A stretch of 59,020 bases of DNA from Fidelibacterota bacterium (GCA_045560315.1 JBJKZN010000032.1:1-59020), one strand, 5' to 3'. Positions 20,203-30,343 are shown, counted from the first letter of the stretch. Made by a program: numbers and translations. The notes: generated by a model from the letters alone, not told the origin.

Positions 20203-20942
20203 AACATTTTTAGTTTTTTAACCTTTTTGTAGTCTTTCGGCATATTGAACATCTCCGGTATTGCATTTATTAGAGAATATTTTTTTAGATTATATTCAAA
20301 GCTACCATCTTCATCATTAAAAACCGCTTTAACGAGAATGGCATTTTCGTTCATGCCCAATTCTAAAAAATTAATATCAAAACTTCCCCAGCTTGTCTCA
20401 AATTCAGCAATTTTTTCTTTCATATTTTTTACAATATCAGATTGCTCTTCTTTTGCAGTTACCCAAATGAACTGCTTGTTTTCACCATCATCTAGAGTGA
20501 TTTTATATGATTCAAAACCATTAATCATTTCTGGAGTATCAGATACTATAGGATCTGAATCATCCTCATCCGATTCTTCATTTTCAGACTGATTTTCAGG
20601 TTGATCTTCTTCTGAAGAATTTTTTTCTGCTAAAAATTCTGATAATGATTGTCTAGTAAAACGATTTTTCTTATAATTAATTTTTACAATAGTAGAATCT
20701 TCAAATGAAATCACAGTCCCATTCTCTATATCTCTACTCATAAGTCTTGCAAGACCCTTACCTTGAAATGAAAAATCCATTTTAGAGTAGTAAGAATTTT
20801 TAGAAAAGTAACTATAAGTCGAAGATTCCATAGAGCCCATTTTAAAAGATGCTATAGTGCTTTCTTCTGTTATAAAGCCAGATTGAGCAATAAGATTAGA
20901 TGAGATTAATAATGAAAAAATTAGAAGAGATAGATTCTTCAA
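20199..20942 (-). CDS. Secreted hypothetical protein (DUF4412/GLPGLI-like)
   Basis: Signal peptide NLIA|Q; EMINGFESYK..IWVT and terminal IPEMFNMPKDYKKV pattern. Confidence 0.6.
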   Translation of the reverse strand: MKNLSLLIFSLLISSNLIAQSGFITEESTIASFKMGSMESSTYSYFSKNSYYSKMDFSFQGKGLARLMSRDIENGTVISFEDSTIVKINYKKNRFTRQSLSEFLAEKNSSEEDQPENQSENEESDEDDSDPIVSDTPEMINGFESYKITLDDGENKQFIWVTAKEEQSDIVKNMKEKIAEFETSWGSFDINFLELGMNENAILVKAVFNDEDGSFEYNLKKYSLINAIPEMFNMPKDYKKVKKLKMF

Positions 20943-20947
20943 ATGTA

Positions 20948-21883
20948 CTATAGTCCAGTTTCTTGAACGGTCTTTTTTACTTCAGTAAGAGTATTATCGA
21001 GAGCATTTTTTTCATCATCATTTAATTCAAATGTTAAGATATTTTCAACACCATCAGCGCCAATAACAGTTGGAACACCAATGAAATACCCATTTACTCC
21101 AAACTCACCCTCACACAATGATGCACAAGGAATAACTCTCTTTTTATCTTTTACGAAACTTTCAATCATCTCTACTGCTGATTGTGCAGGAGCATAGAAT
21201 GCAGATCCTTTACCAAAAAGCTTAACTAGCTCTCCACCACCAAAGCGCGTTCTATCTTCAATTGCTTGTATTTTATCGGCATCTAATAACGATGTTAATG
21301 GAACGCCACCTACAGTTGCTAATCGACTGACAGGAACCATAGTATCTCCATGACCACCAAGAACCATACATGTGACATCTTGCGAAGAAAGATTGGTTGC
21401 CTCTGCAATAAATGATCTAAATCTAGCACTATCAAGCGCGCCAGCCATACCGACTACTTTATTTTTAGCAAAGCCAGATACTTTATAAAACGCATATACC
21501 ATGGCGTCTAAAGGATTAGATACTACTATTACAAATGCATTAGGTGCATGTAGCTTAACTTGCTCTGCAACATTTGTCATAATATCTAAATTTTTCTTTA
21601 ATAAATCTTCACGATCCATGCCCGGCTGTCTTGGAAATCCTGCAGTAATAACTATCACATCTGAATCCTTAATAGCAGCAAAATCTGATGAACCACTTAG
21701 TTTGGCGTCATAGCCGTCATGTGGAAGAAGTTGGGATATATCTAAAGCTTTTCCTTTAATAAAGTTTTCAGCTTGAGGAATATCAATAATAATGATATCC
21801 CCTAATTCTTTTTGAGCAGAGAGTAGAGCAATGTTACCACCGACTTGCCCACCTCCGATTAGTGCTATTTTTGGTCTAGCCAT
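20948..21883 (-). CDS. mdh: Malate dehydrogenase (LDH-like)
   Basis: GGGQVG, ITAGFPRQPGMDREDLL (Arg specificity), SNPLDAM, LDSAR, LGGHGD. Confidence 0.96.
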   Translation of the reverse strand: MARPKIALIGGGQVGGNIALLSAQKELGDIIIIDIPQAENFIKGKALDISQLLPHDGYDAKLSGSSDFAAIKDSDVIVITAGFPRQPGMDREDLLKKNLDIMTNVAEQVKLHAPNAFVIVVSNPLDAMVYAFYKVSGFAKNKVVGMAGALDSARFRSFIAEATNLSSQDVTCMVLGGHGDTMVPVSRLATVGGVPLTSLLDADKIQAIEDRTRFGGGELVKLFGKGSAFYAPAQSAVEMIESFVKDKKRVIPCASLCEGEFGVNGYFIGVPTVIGADGVENILTFELNDDEKNALDNTLTEVKKTVQETGL

Positions 21884-21885
21884 TT

Positions 21886-22140
21886 TTAGTTTTGTTCGAT
21901 TACACTAACAAAAGTTGTACTACCTTTTTTGCTGAATTTCACTAATCCAGCTGATGTAGCAAATAAGGTGTCATCATTTCCTCTTTTGACATTACGTCCA
22001 GGATGCACTTTAGTACCTCTTTGTCTAATAATAATACCTCCAGATAGGATTAATTGTCCATCGGACATTTTTACTCCTAATCTTTGTGCATTAGAATCTC
22101 TTCCATTTCTTGAGCTACCTTGTCCTTTTTTATGAGCCAT
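21886..22140 (-). CDS. rpmA: 50S ribosomal protein L27
   Basis: [16 protein letters not shown]...RQRGTK. Confidence 0.98.
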   Translation of the reverse strand: MAHKKGQGSSRNGRDSNAQRLGVKMSDGQLILSGGIIIRQRGTKVHPGRNVKRGNDDTLFATSAGLVKFSKKGSTTFVSVIEQN

Positions 22141-22153
22141 GAGTTGTTACCTT

Positions 22154-22558
22154 TTATTTTTTCTTTGCAGCAACTTTTTTCTTAGCCGCTGGTTTCTTTT
22201 TTGGTGCAGCTTTTTTAGTACTTTTTGCTGCTGTTTTTGCTTTAGATCCAGTAATTGACTGAATTTCAAGCATCGTTAAATCTTGACGGTGACCATTTTT
22301 TCTTTGATAACCTTTTCTTCTCTTCTTTTTAATAATAGTAACTTTATTAGCTCTTTTATGCTCAAGCACTTTTGCACTGACTTTATAAGAGTCTAATTCT
22401 TTAGGATTAAATATGTTAGTATTTTTATCTGATATTGCCTTCACATTATCAAACTTTAAAGTTTTTCCTACTGCAATATCTATCTTAGAATCTACTAAGA
22501 GAGTATCGCCTTTAGCGACTTTATACTGTTTTCCATATATTTCTACAATTGCAAACAT
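22154..22558 (-). CDS. rplU: 50S ribosomal protein L21 with Lys/Ala-rich C-terminal tail
   Basis: MFAIVEIYGKQYKV, KKKRRKGY...GHRQ; upstream of rpmA. Confidence 0.97.
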   Translation of the reverse strand: MFAIVEIYGKQYKVAKGDTLLVDSKIDIAVGKTLKFDNVKAISDKNTNIFNPKELDSYKVSAKVLEHKRANKVTIIKKKRRKGYQRKNGHRQDLTMLEIQSITGSKAKTAAKSTKKAAPKKKPAAKKKVAAKKK

Positions 22559-22591
22559 AGCTTGGGAACTTAATAGCTAATTTATTTGTTA

Positions 22592-24094
22592 TCAAGTACC
22601 TATTTCACGAGTGATATCTGTCGAATCTGACATCTTAGTGAATTTAAATTCATTTTTACCCATTGATATATCATCAATCACTTGCAGATATACAAAATTT
22701 TTCCACATTAGACTGATATAATCTTTCTTCTTTTCTTGTTTCAAATAATGAGAAATTTCAGGATTAAGATATAGTTTTAATCTAAGATCTTTATTGTTTT
22801 GCTTATAATCACGTAGCCAATAATCAATTCTTGTCAAGAGAGTATCTTTTGATATAATTCTCCCATCTCCATTGCACGTATCACAGCATTCAGTCAAAGA
22901 ATCGATAATGCTCAAACCTGTTCTTTCTCTTGTCATTTCAAGTACACCAAACTCAGAAATTTCTGATACAGCTACTTTGGCTCTATCTTTTCTTAATTCT
23001 TTTTTCATTTGAAGGTATACTTTTTTCCTATTTTCTGCTGAAACCATATCGATAAAATCAATTAAGATTAATCCTGATAAATGTCTTAATCTTAGCTGTG
23101 TTGCTATTTCTTTTGCTGCCTCCAGATTTATTTGTAAAGAATTTTCTTCATGTCCTTTTTTCCCAACAAATTTTCCACTGTTTACATCTACCACTACCAT
23201 TGCTTCAGTTCTCTCTATAATCAGATATGCACCACTTTTTAACCATGCTTTATTTCTTAATAGTTTAATCATAGAATTATCAATACCAGTTTCTTTGAAT
23301 AAAGGATTTCTCTTGCGATAGTGTTCTAGAGCATTTCCAATATCAAGCGCATCTTCCTTAACCATTTTTTGTATTTTTTTATAATCATCTTTAGAGTCAA
23401 CAACAATTTTTTCAACTTTATCGCTAATTAAATCTCTTAATACACTTGATGTCATCTCTAAATCATTATGAATTAGAATCGGAGCCTCACTTTTTTCTGC
23501 TAATTTTATCAATTCATTATATTTTTTTTCTAAATTGGTATAATCATTTTGAATTTGTTTATCAGTCTTACCTTCAGCTACAGTACGAATAATAATTCCT
23601 AATCCATGTTTTTTCATATCAAACGCAATTTTTTTCAATCTTCTGCGCTCATAACGGTCCTGCATTTTTTTAGATACACCTACATATTTTGATTTAGGTA
23701 TTAATACAATGAAACGACCTGCAATTGAAAGATTGGTAGTAACTCTAGCTCCTTTATTATCAAAAGGTTCTTTAATCACCTGAACAATAATTTCTTGTCC
23801 TGGAGATAGCAAAACATTGATTTCTTTTGAATTTTTAGATTTAGGTTTGCGATCTGCAATCAATTCTGGATCTGAAATTTCAGAGAATGGTAAGAATGCA
23901 TTATTACCTTCACCTATATTAACAAACGCAGCCTGCATTCCAGGAATTACATTTTCAACAACACCTTTATAGATGTTTCCTACAGTTCTTTCTCTTGATT
24001 CTTTATCAACATGGAGCTCGGCAAGTTTGCCATTTTCTTTGACAGCAATTCTTGTTTCTCCTACACCTTTGCTGATGTAAATTTCTTTTTTCAT
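22592..24094 (-). CDS. rng: Rne/Rng family ribonuclease (RNase G-sized, no scaffold)
   Basis: S1 domain GNIYKGVV...QAAFVNIG, VDVNSG, IDFIDM, EMTRER, CxxC zinc link. Confidence 0.95.
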   Translation of the reverse strand: MKKEIYISKGVGETRIAVKENGKLAELHVDKESRERTVGNIYKGVVENVIPGMQAAFVNIGEGNNAFLPFSEISDPELIADRKPKSKNSKEINVLLSPGQEIIVQVIKEPFDNKGARVTTNLSIAGRFIVLIPKSKYVGVSKKMQDRYERRRLKKIAFDMKKHGLGIIIRTVAEGKTDKQIQNDYTNLEKKYNELIKLAEKSEAPILIHNDLEMTSSVLRDLISDKVEKIVVDSKDDYKKIQKMVKEDALDIGNALEHYRKRNPLFKETGIDNSMIKLLRNKAWLKSGAYLIIERTEAMVVVDVNSGKFVGKKGHEENSLQINLEAAKEIATQLRLRHLSGLILIDFIDMVSAENRKKVYLQMKKELRKDRAKVAVSEISEFGVLEMTRERTGLSIIDSLTECCDTCNGDGRIISKDTLLTRIDYWLRDYKQNNKDLRLKLYLNPEISHYLKQEKKKDYISLMWKNFVYLQVIDDISMGKNEFKFTKMSDSTDITREIGT

Positions 24095-24275
24095 AAAAGC
24101 CTTACTTTAATATTATGAACTAAATACACATCATACGTGATGAGCACATAGTCATATAGTTTACATTTTCTATGAAATAGAGGAGAGAATACTTAGGTAT
24201 AAAAAAATTATTAGTTTAAAATTATAAAAATAAAAAATAGTTAGTTTTTAAATATCTACACCTCAATTTCATAAG
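24095..24275 (-). promoter_or_regulatory. Candidate structured 5' leader of rng
   Basis: 12/13 inverted repeat 24171-24183 / 24261-24273, extendable with G-U pairs on the minus strand; small hairpin 24129-24142; candidate -10 TAAATT at 24277-24282 (minus). Confidence 0.5.
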
Positions 24276-24320
24276 TAATTTAGCGATTTTTATATTTAAA
24301 ATACATATAATCTGACAATT

Positions 24321-25100
24321 ATGTTTAACGAGGAATTAATTGCAGGAAAAGTCGCAGCACGCAATGCTGGCAAGATTCTAATGAAGCATTTTTCTGCTTC
24401 CGATAAGAAGGTCAAATATAAAAGTTTAAATAACCCAGTAACTATAGCTGATTATGAAGCAGATCAGTATCTATCAGAGTTTATTGGAGGAGAATTCCCA
24501 AATGATGGCTGGTTATCAGAAGAAACTGTAGATACAAAAGAAAGATTAGAAAAATCTCGTGTATGGATTGTAGATCCCTTAGATGGAACAAAAGAATTTA
24601 TTGAAGGTATTCCACATTTTTCTATAAGTATAGCATTAGTCGAAGATGGCCATCCTGTTATTGGGATTGTTTATAATCCTTCTACAGAAGAAATGTTCTA
24701 TGCTGAAAAAGAAAAAGGAGCATATCTAAATGGTTCAAATGTTAAAATATCAATCAAAGAAAAATTGATTGACTCCTCTATTGTTGTAAGCAGATCTGAG
24801 TATAGAAAAAAATTATGGGATGCATATAAGGAAAATTTTTCTGAAATAAATCCTATTGGTAGCGTTGCATACAAACTAGGATTAGTTGGAGCCAATCAAT
24901 ATGACATTTTTTCAACAGTTGCACCAAAGAATGAATGGGATATTTGTGCAGGGGACTGTATTATAAAAGAAGCTGGTGGAGTATTTAAGACAATCAATGA
25001 TAAGAATATTATTTATAATCAAAAGAAAACGCTTGTTACAGACCCTATAATTGCCACAAATTCTACATTATTTAATAGAGTTTCAGATCTACTATATTAA
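24321..25100 (+). CDS. Inositol monophosphatase/CysQ family phosphatase
   Basis: PVTIAD, LSEE, WIVDPLDGTKEF, EWDICAG. Confidence 0.92.
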   Translation: MFNEELIAGKVAARNAGKILMKHFSASDKKVKYKSLNNPVTIADYEADQYLSEFIGGEFPNDGWLSEETVDTKERLEKSRVWIVDPLDGTKEFIEGIPHFSISIALVEDGHPVIGIVYNPSTEEMFYAEKEKGAYLNGSNVKISIKEKLIDSSIVVSRSEYRKKLWDAYKENFSEINPIGSVAYKLGLVGANQYDIFSTVAPKNEWDICAGDCIIKEAGGVFKTINDKNIIYNQKKTLVTDPIIATNSTLFNRVSDLLY

Positions 25101-25118
25101 AGGAATAGATATACATAA

Positions 25119-26288
25119 ATGAAATATATTGGTCCAGATTTTTGCAATATCACTTCTTTGTTGACAGACGAAGAGCTACTAATACAAAAAACAGCAAATC
25201 AGTTTGTTGAAAAAGAGTTCAATCCAATTGTAAATGAATATTATGACAAGGGATCATTTCCTCTTGATTTAATTCCAAAAATGGGAGAACTAGGATTTTT
25301 TGGAGCAACACTACCTAAAGAGTTTGGTGGTAGTGAGATTAGTAGTACAGCTTATGGTCTAATCATGCATGAATTAGAGAAGGGAGATTCTGGTCTACGT
25401 TCTGTTTGTAGTGTGCAAGGAGGCCTTGTGATGTATCCTATCCATCAGTACGGTACAGATGAACAAAAAAAGAAATGGCTCCCAAAATTAGCTGCTGGCA
25501 CAGCTATTGGTTGTTTTGGATTGACAGAAGCTAATCATGGTTCAGATCCCGGAGGAATGCTAACAAAGGCAAAGAGAGATGGAGATGATTGGATTATCAA
25601 TGGTTCAAAGATGTGGATTACTAATGGATCAGTTGCAGACGTAGCAGTTGTTTGGGCAAAAGATGAAGAAGGTATAGTCAGAGGATTCTTAATAGAAAAA
25701 GGTACAAAAGGATTTAGCAGTTCTGATATTCATGGAAAGATGAGTTTAAGAGCATCTATTACTTCAGAATTATTTATGAAAGATGTACGTGTTCCAGATA
25801 GCAGTAGATTGCCAGGCGTCGAAGGATTAAAAGGACCTTTGTCTTGTTTAACACAGGCAAGATATTCCATCGCATGGGGAACAATCGGAGCTGCAGTAGA
25901 CTGTTATGAAGTTGCACTAAATTATAGCAAGGAGCGTAAGCAATTTTCTAAGCCAATTGCTGGATTTCAATTAACACAAAAAAAATTAGCACATATGATT
26001 CAAGAAATCAGTAAAGCACAATTATTAGCCATACAGCTAGGTAAACTAAAGGACAATAATCAACTAGATTTTTCACATATTTCACTAGGAAAGAAAAATA
26101 ATGTTGCCATTGCGCGAGATTGTGCACGGCTAGCTAGAGAGATTCTTGGTGCAAATGGCATCATGGATGACTATTCAGTGATGAGGCATATGATGAATTT
26201 AGAAACAGTGTATACCTATGAAGGAACGCACGAAATTCACACATTAATAATTGGACAAAAAATTACTGGTGAACCAGCTTTTGAATAA
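25119..26288 (+). CDS. Acyl-CoA dehydrogenase, glutaryl-CoA dehydrogenase-like
   Basis: DSGLRS..SVQ, GCFGLTE..HGSDP, KMWITNG, NLETVYTYEGTHEIH. Confidence 0.92.
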   Translation: MKYIGPDFCNITSLLTDEELLIQKTANQFVEKEFNPIVNEYYDKGSFPLDLIPKMGELGFFGATLPKEFGGSEISSTAYGLIMHELEKGDSGLRSVCSVQGGLVMYPIHQYGTDEQKKKWLPKLAAGTAIGCFGLTEANHGSDPGGMLTKAKRDGDDWIINGSKMWITNGSVADVAVVWAKDEEGIVRGFLIEKGTKGFSSSDIHGKMSLRASITSELFMKDVRVPDSSRLPGVEGLKGPLSCLTQARYSIAWGTIGAAVDCYEVALNYSKERKQFSKPIAGFQLTQKKLAHMIQEISKAQLLAIQLGKLKDNNQLDFSHISLGKKNNVAIARDCARLAREILGANGIMDDYSVMRHMMNLETVYTYEGTHEIHTLIIGQKITGEPAFE

Positions 26289-26868
26289 TTAGATCTATTT
26301 CTTCAATTATTAATTTTAGCAATTTCTCTCTATTAATTTCTCTATTCAATTCTAAAAATAGTGATGTACTACTTGCTTTTGCTTTAGAATCAAGCTTCTT
26401 AATATCAATAATTGAATTAACATTTATGCCCATACTGAGCGCTTGGTATGGTTTATTATTCTCTCTGCTATCTTTAACATTAGATAAAAGCATACCAATA
26501 ATTTTTTTATTATTTACATAAATATCATTTGGATACTTTATTTTCCCTTGAATATCATAAGTAGATAAAACATTTAACATTCCAATACAACATTGATCAA
26601 TAAGATTCTGTTCAAAGTAATAGTCTCTTCCTAGGATCAAACTAAATGTTAAATCTTTATAAGGGATTGAAATCCATTTTTTCCCATGGGTACCTTGACC
26701 ATTAGTTTGATTATCGGTGACAACTACCTTCTTAGAATCTTGAGCCTGATAATCTTTATTCAAAGCAATATCTAAAGTAGAATCCATTGATTCTTTATAG
26801 ATAATAGAATCTAAACCACTTTTAACCCATTTTGTATTGAGAGATATACTTTTATAGTCTAGCTGCAA
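26263..26868 (-). CDS. birA: Biotin-protein ligase, catalytic domain only
   Basis: DST, QTNGQGTHGKKWIS (GRGR-x-GR variant), IKYPNDI...KKIIG, GINVN; no HTH. Confidence 0.85.
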   Translation of the reverse strand: MQLDYKSISLNTKWVKSGLDSIIYKESMDSTLDIALNKDYQAQDSKKVVVTDNQTNGQGTHGKKWISIPYKDLTFSLILGRDYYFEQNLIDQCCIGMLNVLSTYDIQGKIKYPNDIYVNNKKIIGMLLSNVKDSRENNKPYQALSMGINVNSIIDIKKLDSKAKASSTSLFLELNREINREKLLKLIIEEIDLIIQKLVHQ

Positions 26869-27443
26869 GGATCTAGTTTTTTTCTCATCTGGAAAGTAGC
26901 GCCTGGCTGCAATACACCATTATTATTTTTAATCACATCAGAATTATCCATATAAATAACAACCCATGCTAATTCATCATTATAGATTTTTTGAGCAAGA
27001 CTCCATGCAGTATCACCTGATTGAATTGTATATTCAAAAAATTCTAATTCGCAATTTTTTGCTTGTTCGGAATCTCTCTTGAGTGATAAAAAATTGTAAG
27101 GATATATTCTATCTGGATTAGGACCAATTTCCTGCTTATTCCATTCATATATTTCCCTCCACATAGAAGAATCACCATATTCTCTAGCAGCAATCTTAAT
27201 TAGATAATCGCCTCTCTTAATCATATATGGTTCAAATACAGTTACTGGTAATGGAGGAGACTCAGGTTCTTGAATAGTAAATGTTTCAACAGAAACTTCT
27301 TGTTTAGCCATTTCTTGTCCACTATCTGGTGTTTCTTTTACAGCTACTTCACTATCAATAGTTGGTACAGTTCCTGAACAATTAATGATTAGTAAAGCAC
27401 CTAATAGCACTAAAATTTTATTGTTTTTCATCTTCTTCCTCAT
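26859..27443 (-). CDS. Two-LysM peptidoglycan-binding lipoprotein
   Basis: Lipobox IINC; YMIKRGDYLIKIA..YGD...W..IY..N and YTIQSGDTAWSLA; start may be 27431. Confidence 0.88.
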   Translation of the reverse strand: MRKKMKNNKILVLLGALLIINCSGTVPTIDSEVAVKETPDSGQEMAKQEVSVETFTIQEPESPPLPVTVFEPYMIKRGDYLIKIAAREYGDSSMWREIYEWNKQEIGPNPDRIYPYNFLSLKRDSEQAKNCELEFFEYTIQSGDTAWSLAQKIYNDELAWVVIYMDNSDVIKNNNGVLQPGATFQMRKKLDPCS

Positions 27444-27504
27444 CTTTCAATTTATATAATTAATATTATTAATTTTTTTTTATAATGTTCCTTATTTTTT
27501 TCAA

Positions 27505-28989
27505 TTATTCAGAATATTCGCCAAATATTTTTTTCAAAGAATAAGTTATTTCTCCAAGCGTACATTGATTATCACTACATTCAATAATGTATGGCATTAG
27601 ATTTTCACTGGTTCCTGCTTTTTTTTCAAGTAATGCAAGGGCGTTAGCGACATTTTTTTCATCGCGAGAAGATTTAAAATGATCAATCATGGTTTCCCTG
27701 TCATCTTCTTTAATTTTTTGCTTTTCTTTTTTATGATTGACTTCTTTATTTCTAAATTTATTTACTCCTACTAAAATAGCTTTTTCACTATCCAAGTCAT
27801 TTTGAAATTTTATGGATGATTTTGAAATTTCATTTTGGATCTCTCCATTCTCAATCAGTTTTTTGACTCCACCTTTCGATAACATTTCATCAATTTTCTT
27901 ATTTACTTTTTCTACTATATCTTTAGTCATACTATCTATTAAAGAACTATCTCCGATAGGATCAACAAATTCTGGTACCCCACTCTCATATGCTATAATT
28001 TGCTGTATTCTTAGAGCTGATAGAGCATTTTCTTCAGATGGTAGATTCAATGCCTCATCTTTACCATTGGTATGGATTGACTGAGCACCTCCTAATACAG
28101 CAGCTAAACTTTGTAGGGTAGTTCTTGCACTATTATTATCAATTTGTTGTGCTGTAAGTGTAGATCCACCAGTTTGCACATGAAACCTACATAGTTGAGA
28201 CTTAATATTATCTATATTAAAACGATCACGAACAATATGCGCCCATATTTGTCTTGCTGCTCTGAATTTTGCAATTTCCTCAAAAAAATTCCTATGAGAA
28301 TTAAAAAAGAATGATATCTGTGTTGTGAGCTGTTCAATATCAATCTTTTCTTTTTTAGCAGCATCTAAATAAGTAATAGCATTGGCAAATGTAAAAGCTA
28401 ATTCTTGTATAGCTGTACTTCCAGCTTCTCTTATATGATATCCTGATACAGATATGGAATTCCAATTTGGTAAGTGTTCTTGGCAGTATTCAAATATATC
28501 AGTTGTCAATCTTAAGGATGATTGAATAGGAAATATATATGTTCCTCTTGCAATATATTCTTTTAATATATCATTTTGAAGAGTGCCTCTTAATTTTTCG
28601 AAAGAATAACCTCTTTTTTTCGCCAATGATATATAGAATGCTAATAATATAGGTGCTGTAGAATTGATAGTCATAGACACTGAGACTTCTTCTAGGTTAA
28701 TATTGTCAAATAAAGATTCCATATCTTCAGGAGTTGATATTGGAACTCCTGACTTACCTATTTCTCCAAAAGCCATATTATCGTTAGAGTCATATCCTAT
28801 TTGTGTAGGCAGATCAAATGCTACCGAGAGTCCAGTAACGCCGCTATCCAATAATGATAAATATCTTTTATTTGATTCAGATACAGAGGAAAAACCAGAA
28901 TATTGTCTCATAGTCCACAATCTATTGCGGTACATATCTTTGTAAATACCTTTTGTAAATGGAAATTTCCCTATTTTTTTATTTGCCAT
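27505..28989 (-). CDS. Methylmalonyl-CoA mutase, substrate-binding subunit (split enzyme)
   Basis: WTMRQYSGF, GLSVAFDLPTQ, QNDILKEYIARGTY, SGYHIREAG, HTN..DEAL; no DxHxxG B12-binding domain. Confidence 0.92.
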   Translation of the reverse strand: MANKKIGKFPFTKGIYKDMYRNRLWTMRQYSGFSSVSESNKRYLSLLDSGVTGLSVAFDLPTQIGYDSNDNMAFGEIGKSGVPISTPEDMESLFDNINLEEVSVSMTINSTAPILLAFYISLAKKRGYSFEKLRGTLQNDILKEYIARGTYIFPIQSSLRLTTDIFEYCQEHLPNWNSISVSGYHIREAGSTAIQELAFTFANAITYLDAAKKEKIDIEQLTTQISFFFNSHRNFFEEIAKFRAARQIWAHIVRDRFNIDNIKSQLCRFHVQTGGSTLTAQQIDNNSARTTLQSLAAVLGGAQSIHTNGKDEALNLPSEENALSALRIQQIIAYESGVPEFVDPIGDSSLIDSMTKDIVEKVNKKIDEMLSKGGVKKLIENGEIQNEISKSSIKFQNDLDSEKAILVGVNKFRNKEVNHKKEKQKIKEDDRETMIDHFKSSRDEKNVANALALLEKKAGTSENLMPYIIECSDNQCTLGEITYSLKKIFGEYSE

Positions 28990-29054
28990 GACTAAGCTAA
29001 TTTAATTCTAAATTCAATATTCTAATTAATGATTTTTAGTTAAGATGTAACTAT

Positions 29055-29579
29055 ATGGAATATTCAACGATAGAAAAATTAAAGTACTGGTGGCGTTATA
29101 AGGATTATTTCTCTAATCAGTCTAAAAAGTATGAATATTCTGAAAATGAAAAAAATTCTATACTAATTGTATTACCAGATGGAGAAGTCGCCTTTGATTT
29201 AGCTGCCCTTTTTCTAGAAAAGATTCAATCCAATGATGCTAGAATCCATTTTCTTGTCAAAGACGCTCTCATTAATTTTTATCCTCAAGAAATGAGTGAA
29301 TACACTTTGCTCTTTTCTTATAAGGATATTAACTCTCTTGGTATTCCAACAAATGAGTTTTTAGAAAAAATAAATGATTTAAAATATGAGAATATGATTG
29401 ATTTAAATATCAATTTTAGTCGTTTCTCTTCTTTCCTTTTAAGAGCTTGCAATCCAAAGGTAAGAATGGGTTTTAGTTATGATAATTCAAAAAAATATTA
29501 TAATGTTATACTTGATACTAATTATCAAAGAGATTTAGAAGGAACATTTGCTATGATTCAACAGTTTATAAAGATATGA
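29055..29579 (+). CDS. Hypothetical protein (DUF6913/glycosyltransferase-9 N-terminal-like)
   Basis: KDINSLGIP...YENMIDLN...KVRMGF pattern; overlaps the next gene by 4 nt. Confidence 0.55.
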   Translation: MEYSTIEKLKYWWRYKDYFSNQSKKYEYSENEKNSILIVLPDGEVAFDLAALFLEKIQSNDARIHFLVKDALINFYPQEMSEYTLLFSYKDINSLGIPTNEFLEKINDLKYENMIDLNINFSRFSSFLLRACNPKVRMGFSYDNSKKYYNVILDTNYQRDLEGTFAMIQQFIKI

Positions 29580-30343
29580 ATGAAGATTTAAAAAATATTA
29601 TTGTATCAGATCTAATATTATTAGACAAGCCAAGCTCTTTTTTTGATAATAACAAGCCTTGGGATTTAATTCATAATATTGGTGATTTATTATCAGATAT
29701 TCCATCTTCTAATAGCTCAATTGATAATGTTGTTATTAATGAAGATGATGGATCGGTAGTTATTGATAATACTGCAACCGTAGAACCTTTTACTGTGCTA
29801 AATGGACCTTTATTTTTGGGAAAAAACACACTAGTCAAATCTCATTCTACTATATCAAATTCTATTATTAATCACGACTGTAAAGTGAGTGGAGAAATCC
29901 ACTCTTCTATTTTTCAGCCATATTCTAATAAAGCGCATGAAGGATTTTTAGGACATAGTTTTATTGGATCATGGGCCAATCTTGGTGCAGGAACCACTAC
30001 TAGCAATCTCAAAAATAATTATTCATCTATAAAAGTTAAATGGAACGGAGAACTATTAGATACAGAATCAATGTTCTTTGGCTCTATTATTGGTGAGCAT
30101 GTGAAAACAGCAATTGGGACAACTCTTAATACCGGAACAGTGATTGAGATGGGTTGTAATATTGTTGCACAATCTTTTCCTCCAAGACATATTCCTGCCT
30201 TTTCATTATTCTACAAAGATAAGTTAATGAAAATCAAATTTGATGACTTTTGTGATACTGCAGAGAAAGCTATGAAGAGAAGAGATAAAACACTTTCTTC
30301 GTCTGAGAAAGAAGCCTTAAGCAGTATTTACAAAAATTGTTGA
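29576..30343 (+). CDS. Hexapeptide-repeat protein related to alternative bacterial GlmU (C-terminal part)
   Basis: PWDLI, KVSGEI..S...YSNKAHEGFLGHS..GSWANLGAGTTTSNLKNNY, GEHVKTAIGT. Confidence 0.85.
   Translation: MNEDLKNIIVSDLILLDKPSSFFDNNKPWDLIHNIGDLLSDIPSSNSSIDNVVINEDDGSVVIDNTATVEPFTVLNGPLFLGKNTLVKSHSTISNSIINHDCKVSGEIHSSIFQPYSNKAHEGFLGHSFIGSWANLGAGTTTSNLKNNYSSIKVKWNGELLDTESMFFGSIIGEHVKTAIGTTLNTGTVIEMGCNIVAQSFPPRHIPAFSLFYKDKLMKIKFDDFCDTAEKAMKRRDKTLSSSEKEALSSIYKNC

Noticed and set aside
28990-29054. Cobalamin riboswitch upstream of the B12 mutase
   Set aside because: Only 65 bp of AT-rich divergent promoter DNA, no B12 box
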